A stretch of 62,044 bases of DNA, filler included. It is 3 parts of 3 records of this genome, joined end to end, with 100 filler letters (N's around TTAATTAATTAA, not from the genome) between each part and the next. Parts side by side here need not be neighbours in the genome. Positions count along the whole stretch, not along the records: positions 1 to 28,850 come from SRR20825006_1281; 2 more parts are not named here. The stretch is one strand, 5' to 3'. This document shows, one piece after another, positions 1 to 9,869 of the stretch. Each line of letters begins with the position of its first letter. Positions within the stretch are counted from its first letter, which is position 1. Position numbers and translations under genes: made by a program. A model generated the notes under the pieces. The model was given only the letters and a program-made list of their open reading frames with translations. It was not told the DNA's origin and ran no database searches.

Positions 1-1223
1 CGGTGGGTTCAACTGATCGTCGCAACACCTTTAATCTGAGAGGATGAGGGGGTGTCGCATGGTGACGTCACGGGTCTGGTTTACCGCTGAACAGAAGGTA
101 GAGCTCTGGGAGCGATGGAAGCAGGGTCAGAGCATTTCTTCGATCTCGCGATCATTGGATCGCAGGACCAAAGGCGGCGTTCAGCGGATTGTAGTTGTCC
201 ATGGTGGCATTGCTCCGTCACGACGGCGTAGGGCTGCTTGGACGCTCGAGCTGGGGGAACGCGAAGAGATATCTCGTGGGATTGCTGCAGGTCTTGCCAT
301 CCGCGCGATTGCCCGAAGTCTGGGGCGGTCGCCATCAACGATAAGTCGTGAGATCGCTCGCAATGGCGGAGCGCAGGCGTATCGTGCCACTCGTGCTGAC
401 AAGCAAGCCTGGGAGCGAGCGCTGCGGCCGAAGCAATGTCGCCTGGCCTGCTCTGAAGGGCTACGATGGCTGGTGGCGCAAAAGCTGGCGCTGCAATGGT
501 CGCCGGAGCAGGTAGCGGGATGGCTTAGGCGAGAATACCCGGGCGATCCAAGCATGCGAATATCTCATGAAGCGATCTATCGCAGTCTGTTCATCCAGTC
601 CCGTGGGGTGCTCAAGAAGGAACTGACAGCACATCTGCGCACCAGACGGCAAATGCGTCTCCCCAAAGGAGCGCAGAACCGAACGGGGCAAGGCCAAATC
701 CTTGATATGATCTCTATCCGCGAGCGACCTGCCGAGGCCGAGGATCGCGCCATCCCAGGTCACTGGGAGGGTGATCTGCTCGCCGGTGCCAAAGACACCA
801 ACATCGTCACCCTCGTCGAGCGACACAGCCGATTTACGATGCTTGTGAAGTTGGCGAGAAGGGACTCGGCGACCGTCGTGGCGGCCCTGGCCGACAGGAT
901 CGGCACATTGCCCGAAGAGTTGCGACGCTCGTTGACATGGGACCAGGGCAAGGAGATGGCTCGCCACAAGAGCTTCACCATCGCAACCGACTTGCAGGTC
1001 TATTTCTGCGATCCGCGTAGTCCCTGGCAGCGCGGCAGCAACGAAAACACTAACGGTCTGCTGAGGCAGTACTTCCCCAGAGCAACAGACTTCTCTCAGG
1101 TCTCGCAGGCTCAACTCGACGAAGTTGCTCTGCAGCTCAACCAGAGACCGCGAAAAACCCTAGACTTCGAGACGCCGGCCGATAGGCTGCAGTGGGTGTT
1201 GCAGTGACCGGTTGAACCCACCG
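1..1223 (+). mobile_element. IS30-family insertion sequence (left end at window edge)
   Basis: Imperfect terminal inverted repeats 1-28 (CGGTGGGTTCAACTGATCGTCGCAACAC) and 1196-1223 (23/28 match) enclose one transposase ORF. Confidence 0.93.
44..1207 (+). CDS. IS30-family DDE transposase
   Basis: N-terminal HTH (IARSLGRSPSTISREI), GHWEGD, TWDQGKEM and PWQRGSNENTNGLLRQYFP motifs. Confidence 0.96.
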   Translation: MRGCRMVTSRVWFTAEQKVELWERWKQGQSISSISRSLDRRTKGGVQRIVVVHGGIAPSRRRRAAWTLELGEREEISRGIAAGLAIRAIARSLGRSPSTISREIARNGGAQAYRATRADKQAWERALRPKQCRLACSEGLRWLVAQKLALQWSPEQVAGWLRREYPGDPSMRISHEAIYRSLFIQSRGVLKKELTAHLRTRRQMRLPKGAQNRTGQGQILDMISIRERPAEAEDRAIPGHWEGDLLAGAKDTNIVTLVERHSRFTMLVKLARRDSATVVAALADRIGTLPEELRRSLTWDQGKEMARHKSFTIATDLQVYFCDPRSPWQRGSNENTNGLLRQYFPRATDFSQVSQAQLDEVALQLNQRPRKTLDFETPADRLQWVLQ

Positions 1224-1460
1224 GCGCTAATCGGACATCGGTGCCGCCTCTGCCGCATCCCGACAGCGGTCGGTCCGCTCACGCCGTCGCGCGGTTTCTC
1301 CGCGAACCACATTTGGTGTCTACCGGGCTTGGCATCCCAATTTGCCCGAGTGATTTCGGTTGATTGCACTCGCGAGGCCCCTCTGCCATCCCCCAGATCG
1401 TGACCAAACCAAAGTGGGTTCTGCAGCAATCAGAACCCGTCATATCGCAGTGGTAGTAAC

Positions 1461-1487
1461 TTGACTTTGATGATCATAATTTAATAT
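1461..1487 (+). promoter_or_regulatory. Promoter region with RirA/IRO-like iron operator TGA-N9-TCA (1462-1476)
   Basis: TTGACTTTGATGATCAT overlaps a TTGACT -35 element and precedes an AT-rich -10 region upstream of a metal-chelate ABC operon. Confidence 0.55.
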
Positions 1488-1534
1488 GTCATGACCAGAC
1501 GGCGACGGTGCTCGCCGAAATCTGGAGACCACAT

Positions 1535-2623
1535 ATGATTGAGCGCAATCTGCGTCAGCTTGCTGGCGCCGTAACGATGCTGGCTGCCCTGATCCCTGCG
1601 GCGACTTCTGCACAGGCCATTTCCGTCACCGACCAGGAAGGTCGGGACATCACTCTCGACAAGCCGGCAGAGCGGATCGTCACCATTCCCATGCCCATGG
1701 CGTCCGGCGTGATCGCGATCGATGGGGGCGCGGAAAAGCTGGTGGGCATGAACCCATTGTCGCTGACCGCGCTCGAAGAAGGCATTCTGGGCAAGATTTT
1801 CCCTGACGCGCTGGGTATTACCGACGCCGTTACAGGCACCGATTTCGTGCCCAATGTCGAAGCTTTGGCTGCCGCAAATCCGGATCTGGTCATTCAGTGG
1901 GGTGGGCGCGGCCCGGAGATTGTGGACCCGATCCTCAATGCTGGCCTGGATGCCATGCTCATCATCTATGGCGACGAGGACAAGACTCGCACCTATATGA
2001 CCAATGTCGCCACTGCATTGGGCAAGCCCGAGCGCATCGAGGACCTCGTCGACTGGCGCGAAGAGGTCATGCAGGACATTGCCGGCAAGGTGGCAGCCAT
2101 TGCCGATGAGGATCGTCCAAATGTGCTCTATCTGGGCCGGTCGCTGTCGGACATCACTGCTTCTGGCGCGCCCAACAGCTACAATAACTGGTATATCAAC
2201 CTGACGGGCGGCAAGAATGCTGCTGCCGCGCTGCAGGGCAATCAGTCGATCAATCGCGAACAGATCGCACAATGGGATCCCGATGTGATCCTGCTCAACA
2301 GCTTCGAGCCGAACCTGGATGTCAGCTGGGTCTATGACGATCCGATCTTGTCACTGACCAGAGCGGCGCAGGAAAAGCGTGTCTACAAGATGCCGCTGGG
2401 CGGGTATCGCTGGGACCCGCCGAACCAGGAATCGCCGCTGACATGGATGTGGCTGGCCGAGCTGCTGCACCCGGATCTTTTCGACTACGATCTGCGCGCT
2501 GAAATGCGCGATGCCTATCGGGTGCTCTACGACCACGAACTGACCGATGCGGACATTGATGACATCATCTGGACCTCGTTCCAGGGCAATGCCTTCGGCT
2601 ACGACCAGTTCGCAGCCCGGTGA
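1535..2623 (+). CDS. Iron-chelate/cobalamin-type ABC periplasmic binding protein (FecB/BtuF family)
   Basis: Signal peptide, VTDQEGRDITLDKPAERIV, PNVEALAAANPDLV; ATG at 1535 after GGAG. Confidence 0.88.
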   Translation: MIERNLRQLAGAVTMLAALIPAATSAQAISVTDQEGRDITLDKPAERIVTIPMPMASGVIAIDGGAEKLVGMNPLSLTALEEGILGKIFPDALGITDAVTGTDFVPNVEALAAANPDLVIQWGGRGPEIVDPILNAGLDAMLIIYGDEDKTRTYMTNVATALGKPERIEDLVDWREEVMQDIAGKVAAIADEDRPNVLYLGRSLSDITASGAPNSYNNWYINLTGGKNAAAALQGNQSINREQIAQWDPDVILLNSFEPNLDVSWVYDDPILSLTRAAQEKRVYKMPLGGYRWDPPNQESPLTWMWLAELLHPDLFDYDLRAEMRDAYRVLYDHELTDADIDDIIWTSFQGNAFGYDQFAAR

Positions 2624-2626
2624 ACG

Positions 2627-3691
2627 GTGATGTCTATCCCGCATGAAGGACTGGCCACGGGCCAGTCCGAGTGGCGCTGGACTAAAACAGCGGTGCTCTT
2701 CACCCTATCCGTGGCACTTCTGCTGCTCAGCCTAGCCGTCAGCGTCACTGTCGGACGCTTCACGGTGCCCGTGGACCGCGCTTTGGTCATCATCGGCCAA
2801 AGCCTGCTCAACCCGACGGCCCTGCCCGAGACAATCGACGAGCGCATTATCTGGCTGGTGCGGGTGCCGCGGGTGCTGCTCGCCGCCATTTGTGGTGCCG
2901 GTCTGGCGATTTCCGGCGCCGCTTTGCAGGGTGTTTTCCGCAATCCCCTAGTGTCACCCCAAGTACTGGGCATTTCCCAGGGTGCTGCCTTTGGCGGGGC
3001 ACTGGCCATTTCGCTTGGCATCTGGGGCTTTCCGCTGCTCGCCCTTGTTTTCGTCTTCGGGCTGGCGGCTCTGGCCATGGTAGGGGGGATTGCGCGCATT
3101 GATGGGCGGACGCAGATCGTCACCGTCATTCTCTCCGGCATGGTGGTCGGCGCGCTGTTCTCGGCCTTTGTCTCGCTGCTGCAATATTTTGCGGACCCCA
3201 ATTCCTCGCTGCCGGCCATCGTCTATTGGCTGCTGGGCAGTTTTGCCACCGCCACGTGGGAACGCGTGCTGATCTCGACTCCGGGCATTCTGGTCGGCAT
3301 CATTGTGCTGTGGTCCCTGCGGTTCCGCCTCAATGTGCTTTCGCTGGAGGAAGCCGAGGCGCGCAGTCTTGGTGCGAAACCCGATCTCGAGCGCTGGCTG
3401 ATCTTTGTCATGGCGGCATTGGTGGTTGGCGCGCAGGTGGCCGTTTCAGGCATTGTCGGCTGGATCGGCCTTGTCGTGCCCCATGCCTGCCGGCTCATTG
3501 TCGGCCATGACCATCGCAAGCTTCTGCCCGCTGCGGCCATTCTGGGGGCCACATATCTGGTGACCATCGACACACTGGCGCGGACGCTGACCTCTGCAGA
3601 GATTCCACTGGGCGTGCTGACCGCCATTGTCGGAGCGCCGGTTTTTGCCGTGCTGCTGCGCCAGCACTATCGAGAAAAGGGAGCGCGCTGA
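2627..3691 (+). CDS. FecCD/BtuC-family ABC permease
   Basis: RVPRVLLA, FRNPLVSP..LGIS.GA, EARSLG, GWIGLVVPH, EIPLGVLTAIVGAP motifs. Confidence 0.93.
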   Translation: MMSIPHEGLATGQSEWRWTKTAVLFTLSVALLLLSLAVSVTVGRFTVPVDRALVIIGQSLLNPTALPETIDERIIWLVRVPRVLLAAICGAGLAISGAALQGVFRNPLVSPQVLGISQGAAFGGALAISLGIWGFPLLALVFVFGLAALAMVGGIARIDGRTQIVTVILSGMVVGALFSAFVSLLQYFADPNSSLPAIVYWLLGSFATATWERVLISTPGILVGIIVLWSLRFRLNVLSLEEAEARSLGAKPDLERWLIFVMAALVVGAQVAVSGIVGWIGLVVPHACRLIVGHDHRKLLPAAAILGATYLVTIDTLARTLTSAEIPLGVLTAIVGAPVFAVLLRQHYREKGAR

Positions 3692-4449
3692 TGATTGGAC
3701 TGACCAATGCCCGCGTGCGGTTTGGTAGCCGGACCATTTTCGAGGATCTGACCTTCACGGTGCCCAAGGGCGAATGCATGGCAATACTGGGACCGAACGG
3801 ACGGGGGAAAACAACAGCTCTGCGATCCATGCTCGGTTTCCAGAAAATCGATGCAGGACAAAGAACGGCCCCGCCAATTGTTGGCTATGTGCCGCAAACG
3901 GCGTCGTCGCAGGCCAGCTATAGCGTCATCGACGTTGTGGTGATGGGGCTCGCGGCGGGGCTGGGCCTGTTCGGCCAGCCCACAAGAGCGGACTTCGATC
4001 TGGCAATGGAGGCTCTGGAGCGCGTTGGCGCGGCGCGCTTTGCCAGAGAGAGATTCGATCATCTTTCGGGAGGCGAGCGACAATTGGTGTTGCTGGCGCG
4101 CGCCTTGGCGACCGGATCGGATGTGCTGGTGCTCGATGAGCCCGGGGCCGCGCTGGATCTGGCCAATCAGGAGCGGCTGCTGTCCTTGCTCGAGGGACTG
4201 CGGCAAGGCCGCGAGAAGGCCATCATTTTCACCACCCACGACCCCAACCATGCCCTTGCCATTGCCGACAGCGCCCTGCTGATGCTGCCGGGCGCCCCCG
4301 CCATCAAGGGACCGGTGCGTGATGTGGTGTCACCCTCCAATCTTGAGCTGCTCTACGGGGTGCCCATGCGTTTTGTCGCACTGCAGGGAGTCGACGGGGC
4401 GGAGCAGCGGGCCGTTCTTCCAGCCTTTGCAGGAGCCTGCGCGGCATGA
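3691..4449 (+). CDS. ABC transporter ATP-binding subunit (FecE-like)
   Basis: GPNGRGKT, LSGGERQ, LVLDEP, TTHDPNHA. Confidence 0.93.
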   Translation: MIGLTNARVRFGSRTIFEDLTFTVPKGECMAILGPNGRGKTTALRSMLGFQKIDAGQRTAPPIVGYVPQTASSQASYSVIDVVVMGLAAGLGLFGQPTRADFDLAMEALERVGAARFARERFDHLSGGERQLVLLARALATGSDVLVLDEPGAALDLANQERLLSLLEGLRQGREKAIIFTTHDPNHALAIADSALLMLPGAPAIKGPVRDVVSPSNLELLYGVPMRFVALQGVDGAEQRAVLPAFAGACAA

Positions 4450-5036
4450 CCACGCTCTATATCCACTCTCACTATGGTGATGCGCCGGCGGGTTATACCG
4501 GTGACGAGCGCATTCTCGTTCGGCGCGAGCGCGCGTTGACGGCAGACGACTTCGCTAGGGTAAAAGGGGTCATCACCTCCACGCATCTGGACCAGGTCGG
4601 CTGGCTGGACCATGTCCCTGCGCTGACCGCTCTATTGGATCGCGGCGGAAGCTGGTTTTTCAACGGGCATATCCTTCGGCCCTTTCTTGATGGCCTGGAC
4701 CACTACGTGCCGCTGCAAAACCCGCGCCGACAGGATTTGGCGCTGGCGCGGCTTTTCGAGCATCCGATCTATGCCGGCATCGACCAGAAAACGCTTGAAG
4801 AAAACAAAGGGGTCGCCGGGTTTTACGGGCGTGGCCACAACCCACTTCCGGCTGGCGGTATTGCTGTGAACGGGATCGGGCCGGACCGCCTGCCAATCGA
4901 CTGGGTCTGGGACCGGCCGCAGGGGGGACGCATCTTCTCACATGCCGGAAATGACATGGGCGGCATGGGTGGCCAAACCGGCAACGGCGCACTCTTGACT
5001 CAACGCATCATCGCCTGGTGCGAGGGGGACATCTGA
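4446..5036 (+). CDS. Uncharacterised protein, probable class I glutamine amidotransferase-like/ThuA-like fold
   Basis: ATGA overlap with the ATPase; LLDRGGSWFFNG and GGRIFSHAGND patterns. Confidence 0.6.
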   Translation: MTTLYIHSHYGDAPAGYTGDERILVRRERALTADDFARVKGVITSTHLDQVGWLDHVPALTALLDRGGSWFFNGHILRPFLDGLDHYVPLQNPRRQDLALARLFEHPIYAGIDQKTLEENKGVAGFYGRGHNPLPAGGIAVNGIGPDRLPIDWVWDRPQGGRIFSHAGNDMGGMGGQTGNGALLTQRIIAWCEGDI

Positions 5037-5659
5037 TGGCCATTCTCGCTATTCATCCCGGTGCCTATTATCACATCGAGAGCTTTGAAGCGCCGCGATA
5101 TGCTCACTATTTCGACAATCTCGTACGCCCCGAAAAGCTTGCGGAAACGGACCTGACCAAATTCAATGTCGTGCTCATTCCCTGCCGCACACCGGCGGAT
5201 CGAATGGCCCAGCACAAGGCGCAATTGAGGGCCTATCTCGACCAAGGCGGCACGATCGTAGCAACTGGAGAAAGCAATTCCGAGCTTTTCCTGCCCGGCA
5301 TCACCTTCACCCCGGATCCAACCAATTTCTGGTGGTGGCTGACACCCGGCGCCGATCTTGGCGTACGGATCGCTGCACCTGACCACCCACTGTTTTCCAG
5401 ACTTGGGCAGAAAGACATTACGTGGCACCTGCATGGCTGGTTTGACCCGCCAGAAGGGGTCGAAGTGCTCGCGGTCAACGGCGAGGACAAGCCCATTCTT
5501 TACGTTGATGACGTGACGACACGGGGACGGCTGGTGGTGACCAGCCTGGACCCCTTCTTCCACCACGGCAGCCATTTCATGCCGGCCACAACCCGCTTTC
5601 TTGATGGCTTCTTGCCATGGATGCGCAATGAACTCGACCGAAAGACTACAAATGACTGA
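5036..5659 (+). CDS. Uncharacterised protein, probable GATase1-like/ThuA-like fold
   Basis: TGATG coupling; FNVVLIP...LRAYLDQGGTIVATG; His-rich WHLHGW and FFHHGSHF. Confidence 0.65.
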   Translation: MAILAIHPGAYYHIESFEAPRYAHYFDNLVRPEKLAETDLTKFNVVLIPCRTPADRMAQHKAQLRAYLDQGGTIVATGESNSELFLPGITFTPDPTNFWWWLTPGADLGVRIAAPDHPLFSRLGQKDITWHLHGWFDPPEGVEVLAVNGEDKPILYVDDVTTRGRLVVTSLDPFFHHGSHFMPATTRFLDGFLPWMRNELDRKTTND

Positions 5660-6173
5660 AAGCATTCTCGTCCAGGAAAACGGACAGACCATCACCTACT
5701 CGTTTGACGATGTGACCAAATATCATGGCTTTGGTTTTCCCGGCGGTGTCGGTCATGCCTTTCGCGTCCTGCAGCGCGCCTTGCCTCTGTTGAGCCCGGA
5801 TATGCCCGCGGAGCGGCGCGAAATCGTTGTCCGCACGCCATTCAAAGGCCCCGGCGCTCGCGACGCATTTGAAATGGTCACCCGCGCAGTCACCGAAGGA
5901 CACTACACCATTGACGATAGCCTGCTTGCGCTTGAACGCGGGGAGACCTTGAAAGGATATGTCTTCATCTTGTCCTATCGCGGAACCGAGTTGAAACTGA
6001 CAATTCGCGACGGGATCGTGCTCGAGGAATTCATCCTGCTGGGGCGCCAGCAGGGCCGGTCGGCCGCGGAGGATGAACGCCTTGCGGTGCTGAAGCAGGA
6101 CATGGCGGCACGACTTCTCGCCCGGACAGCAGAAGATTGCTACGACGTGGAAATTTTGAATCGCGCCGGCTGA
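5652..6173 (+). CDS. FmdE-like protein
   Basis: Overlaps the previous gene; KYHGFGFPGG resembles the FmdE FHGHxCPG start; DAFEMVT resembles FmdE DAxQxxT. Confidence 0.55.
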   Translation: MTESILVQENGQTITYSFDDVTKYHGFGFPGGVGHAFRVLQRALPLLSPDMPAERREIVVRTPFKGPGARDAFEMVTRAVTEGHYTIDDSLLALERGETLKGYVFILSYRGTELKLTIRDGIVLEEFILLGRQQGRSAAEDERLAVLKQDMAARLLARTAEDCYDVEILNRAG

Positions 6174-6466
6174 GGAAGGGGCTGTAGTTCGGTGGTTGAT
6201 CCTAAAAACCACAGGATGAATAAACGTAGGTCTGTAATTTCTAGGACAGACGGCAACGCACCCCAAATCGGCCGTTAGGCAACATTCTCGTCTCCCCAGA
6301 TCTGCCGAGCAGTTTCAGATTAGGGAGACGATCAATCCGAACGAATTGTGACCTTGACCTGAGCTTGGTAACTGCAAATATGTGAAGGGGAGTGTCACAG
6401 CGCACCGTCACACTGGCGAGCGTAGTCCATAATTTTTACGACAGGGCAATGACTTAGGTAGAAAAC

Positions 6467-6492
6467 GGGTTCGAATCCCTTTCTCTCCGCCA
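6467..6492 (+). other. Isolated 3' end of a tRNA-Ser; probable att site / island boundary
   Basis: GGGTTCGAATCCCTTTCTCTCCGCCA = T-arm, acceptor strand, G discriminator and CCA, with no 5' half upstream. Confidence 0.8.
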
Positions 6493-6641
6493 CTTCGCCC
6501 ATGGCTTCGGGTTCTCCTTCCAAACGCTGTTGGACTGATCTGAACGCATAGGCGCGAATGGCTCGTCCCGCGCTTGGCATTGGCGCCCTGGCATGACAAG
6601 TCTTGAGCCAAGATCTGCCATTCCGACCAAGGACAAGAGAC

Positions 6642-7109
6642 GTGCCCCTATTGCCCGCGCCGACGCTCACCCATTTCTGCACGCTGGAGGTGGCGCTGTC
6701 CAAGCCGATGATGATCGGAGATGTGCATGCGGCCAGCAAAAGGGTCATTCCCATTCGCGGCGGCACGGTTTCTGGGCCGGAGATTTCCGGCACCATTCTC
6801 GACTTCGGCGCCGATTGGCAGAGCGTGTTCGCTGGCGGGGTCGCCGCGCTCGATGCGCGTTATGCCTTTGAGACCGATGACGGGGCGCTGATCGAGATCG
6901 AGAATTTCGGCTTTCGCCACGGGCCGCCAGACATTCTGGCCAAACTGGCCGCCGGCGAAGTCTGCCCGCCCGAGAGCTATTACATGCGCACCGCGGCGCG
7001 CCTGAGCACGGGTCATCCCAAATACGACTGGATCAACCGCACCATGTTCGTGGGCACCGGCGCGCGCCTCCAGAGCGCGGTGCAGATCGAACTCTATGCT
7101 GTCGGCTAA
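6642..7109 (+). CDS. DUF3237-family protein
   Basis: RVIPIRGGTVSG, GADWQ, LDARY, ETDDGALI, YYMRT, YDWINRTMFVG. Confidence 0.85.
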   Translation: MPLLPAPTLTHFCTLEVALSKPMMIGDVHAASKRVIPIRGGTVSGPEISGTILDFGADWQSVFAGGVAALDARYAFETDDGALIEIENFGFRHGPPDILAKLAAGEVCPPESYYMRTAARLSTGHPKYDWINRTMFVGTGARLQSAVQIELYAVG

Positions 7110-7194
7110 ACGGCAGGGCATTGGACAAGCCCGGATTGATTGAATAAACCACCCGGCAATGCGCCCAATAAGGGCATGGGCCGGGGGAATTCAT

Positions 7195-8493
7195 ATGATG
7201 CAGGATCGGGTGCTGATTGCGGGCGGCGGTATTGGTGGGCTGGCATTGGCCCTGACGCTGCACCAGATCGGGGTCCCGTTCACGGTCTATGAGTCGGTGC
7301 GTCAATTGGCGCCGCTCGGTGTCGGCATCAATATCCAGCCCAATGCGGTGCGCGAGCTGTTCGATCTTGGGCTGAGCCAAGGCGACCTCGACGGCATTGG
7401 CGTGGCCTCGCGCGAATGGGCGCTGCTCGGACGCAATGGCAATGACATCTATTCAGAGCCGCGCGGGCTTGAGGCCGGCTATAACTGGCCGCAATATTCG
7501 GTGCATCGCGGGCAATTGCACCTGTTGCTCTATCGCACCCTGGTGGCGCGGGCCGGGGCGGATAGCGTCAAGCTGGGCCATGAGGTGACTGGCTATAGCC
7601 GCCATGATGATGGGTCGGTGACGGCGCAAATCCGCCGCGCCGACGGGGAAATGCTGAGCGCGACCGGCCGGTTGCTGATCGGCGCCGACGGCATCCATTC
7701 GAAAGTACGGGCCGGCATGCATCCCGATCAGCCGCCGATCCATTGGGGTGGCGCCGTCATGTGGCGCGGCACCACGCTGGCGCGGCCCATTCGCAGCGGT
7801 TCGTCCTTTGTGGGGCTGGGCAGCCATCGCCACCGCATCGTCTTTTACCCCATCGGCCCGGCCGATCCCGAAACGGGGCTGGCAGTCACCAACTGGATTG
7901 CCGAGGTAACGCTGGACAATTCGGAAGGCTGGAAAAACGCGGGCTGGTTCCGGCGGGTCGAGATTGCCGAGTTTGCCCATCACTTCGCCGACTGGCGCTA
8001 TGACTGGCTCGATGTGCCCGACATGCTGGCGCGGGCCGATATCGCCTACGAAAACCCGATGATCGACCGCGACCCGGTTTCCACCTGGCAGGATGGCCCG
8101 GTGGCGCTGATGGGCGATGCGGCCCATGCCATGTATCCCACCGGCTCGAACGGGGCCAGCCAGGCCATTATCGATGCGCGCATCCTCGGGGTCATGATGC
8201 TGGCGCACGGGGTCAATGCCGATGCACTGGCGGCCTATGACGAAAAGCTCTGCGGCCCGGTGTCTGAACTGATCCTGCGCAATCGCGGCGCCGGCCCGTT
8301 TGGCCTGCTCAATATGGTGGACGAGCGCTGCGGCGGGGTGTTCGACGACATCAATGCCGTCATTCCTGAAAAAGAACGCACCGAGTTCATGGCGCGCTAC
8401 AAGGCGGCGGCAGGTTTTGCCATTGAACAGCTCAATGCGGCCCCGCCAACCATCACCCCAGGCGCGCGCGTGTCCGTGGCCGTTCCGGCCTAA
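7195..8493 (+). CDS. FAD-dependent monooxygenase (aromatic hydroxylase-like)
   Basis: GGGIGG Rossmann motif, IGADGIHS, LMGDAAHAMYPTGSNGASQAI. Confidence 0.9.
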   Translation: MMQDRVLIAGGGIGGLALALTLHQIGVPFTVYESVRQLAPLGVGINIQPNAVRELFDLGLSQGDLDGIGVASREWALLGRNGNDIYSEPRGLEAGYNWPQYSVHRGQLHLLLYRTLVARAGADSVKLGHEVTGYSRHDDGSVTAQIRRADGEMLSATGRLLIGADGIHSKVRAGMHPDQPPIHWGGAVMWRGTTLARPIRSGSSFVGLGSHRHRIVFYPIGPADPETGLAVTNWIAEVTLDNSEGWKNAGWFRRVEIAEFAHHFADWRYDWLDVPDMLARADIAYENPMIDRDPVSTWQDGPVALMGDAAHAMYPTGSNGASQAIIDARILGVMMLAHGVNADALAAYDEKLCGPVSELILRNRGAGPFGLLNMVDERCGGVFDDINAVIPEKERTEFMARYKAAAGFAIEQLNAAPPTITPGARVSVAVPA

Positions 8494-8561
8494 CGCCCTT
8501 TTATCGCTGGCCTTTTCTTCTTAGTTCGGCCCAGCCGATCATTGCTGTTGACTCCTGTGCT

Positions 8562-8587
8562 TAGTGTGCTACATATCTAGCACACTA
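8562..8587. promoter_or_regulatory. Palindromic operator of YtrA-type GntR regulator
   Basis: TAGTGTGCTA-N6-TAGCACACTA perfect 10 bp inverted repeat downstream of TTGACT and just upstream of the GntR gene. Confidence 0.75.
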
Positions 8588-8601
8588 GATAGGCAAGACA
8601 C

Positions 8602-8973
8602 ATGGATGATTTTCACGCCAGCCAGCCGATCTTCGTACAGATCCGGCAGCGGCTGATCGAGATGATCCTCCGGCAACAGGTGGCGGAGGGCGATGCTTTG
8701 CCCTCGGTGCGCCAGATTGCTGGTGATCTTTCGGTCAATCCGCTGACGGTCACCAAGGCCTTCGAGGCTCTGGTCGATATCGGGGTGGTGGAGAAACGCA
8801 GGGGACTGGGCATGTTCGTTACCAGCGGCGCGCGGGCGCAATTGCTCGCTCATGAACGCGAGAAATTCCTCAAGGAAGACTGGCCGCGCATTGCGGCACA
8901 GATCAAGGCGCTCGATCTCGATCTCAAGGATCTGATCGCCACAGACACCAAGCTCGAAGGGCAGAGCAAATGA
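8602..8973 (+). CDS. GntR-family regulator, YtrA subfamily
   Basis: PIFVQI, LPSVRQIA..LSVNPLTV.KAF, RRGLGMFV; short C-terminus; precedes an ABC exporter. Confidence 0.92.
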   Translation: MDDFHASQPIFVQIRQRLIEMILRQQVAEGDALPSVRQIAGDLSVNPLTVTKAFEALVDIGVVEKRRGLGMFVTSGARAQLLAHEREKFLKEDWPRIAAQIKALDLDLKDLIATDTKLEGQSK

Positions 8974-9869
8974 CTGAGCTTTCCATTTCCGCCGAACCCA
9001 TCGTGTCCGCTCGCGGGCTCTCGAAATCCTTCGGCCGCAAGAAAATCCTGCATGATCTGGATTTCGACATTCCCGCCGGCCGCATTTATGGGCTGATCGG
9101 GCATAATGGCGCGGGCAAGACCACCACGCTCAACGCCATGCTGGGCCTGACCTCCTACGAGGGCACCATAAGGGTGCTGGGCGAAGATCCCTTCGCCCGC
9201 CGCGCCAAGCTGATGGAGAACGTGGCCTTCATCTCCGATGTGGCGAGCCTGCCGCGGTTCCTGCGGGTGCGTGAGCTGTTTGCGCTGCTCACCAATATCC
9301 ATCCCAATTTCTCGCCGGACAAGGCGCGGCAGTTCCTTGAAGGCACCGATATCCGGCCCGAAATGAAGATCCGCACCCTGTCCAAGGGCATGATCGCTCA
9401 GTTGCACCTGGCCGTGGTGATGGCGATTGATGCCAAGCTGCTGGTGCTCGACGAACCCACGCTCGGGCTCGACATCACCTATCGCAAGCGCTTCTACCGG
9501 CGCCTGCTGGAAGACTACATGACCGAGGAGCGCACGCTGATCATCACCACCCACCAGGTGGACGAGATCGAGTTCATGCTTTCCGACATCATGTTCATCC
9601 GTGATGGGGAAATGATCCTGCACATGCAGATGGAAACGGTGAGCGAGAAATTCACCCAGCTCGTGGTCGACAGTGCCGAGGCGCAGGCTCAGGCCCGCGC
9701 ACATGGCCCGGTCTATGAGGAAACGCGTTTCGGCCAGACCGTCTTCATCTTCGATGGCGTCGAACGCGAAAAACTCGAGCCGCTGGGCCGCATCTCGACG
9801 CCCACCATTTCCGACCTCTTCGTGGCCCTGATGCAGCGGCCCACGGCCAATCCGGAGACCGCCCGATGA
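8970..9869 (+). CDS. ABC-2 exporter ATP-binding protein
   Basis: GHNGAGKT, LSKGM, LDEPTLGLD. Confidence 0.92.
   Translation: MTELSISAEPIVSARGLSKSFGRKKILHDLDFDIPAGRIYGLIGHNGAGKTTTLNAMLGLTSYEGTIRVLGEDPFARRAKLMENVAFISDVASLPRFLRVRELFALLTNIHPNFSPDKARQFLEGTDIRPEMKIRTLSKGMIAQLHLAVVMAIDAKLLVLDEPTLGLDITYRKRFYRRLLEDYMTEERTLIITTHQVDEIEFMLSDIMFIRDGEMILHMQMETVSEKFTQLVVDSAEAQAQARAHGPVYEETRFGQTVFIFDGVEREKLEPLGRISTPTISDLFVALMQRPTANPETAR

Noticed and set aside
1196-1230. IS30 target-site duplication
   Set aside because: The left flank lies outside the window, so it cannot be assessed
1224-1534. Cobalamin riboswitch upstream of the BtuF/FecB-like operon
   Set aside because: No B12-box or GGGAA/GCCCCCGC core visible; an iron-type operator fits better
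6395-6796. Minus-strand ORFs spanning the tRNA fragment
   Set aside because: Spurious translations of the tRNA 3' end and the antisense of the DUF3237 gene
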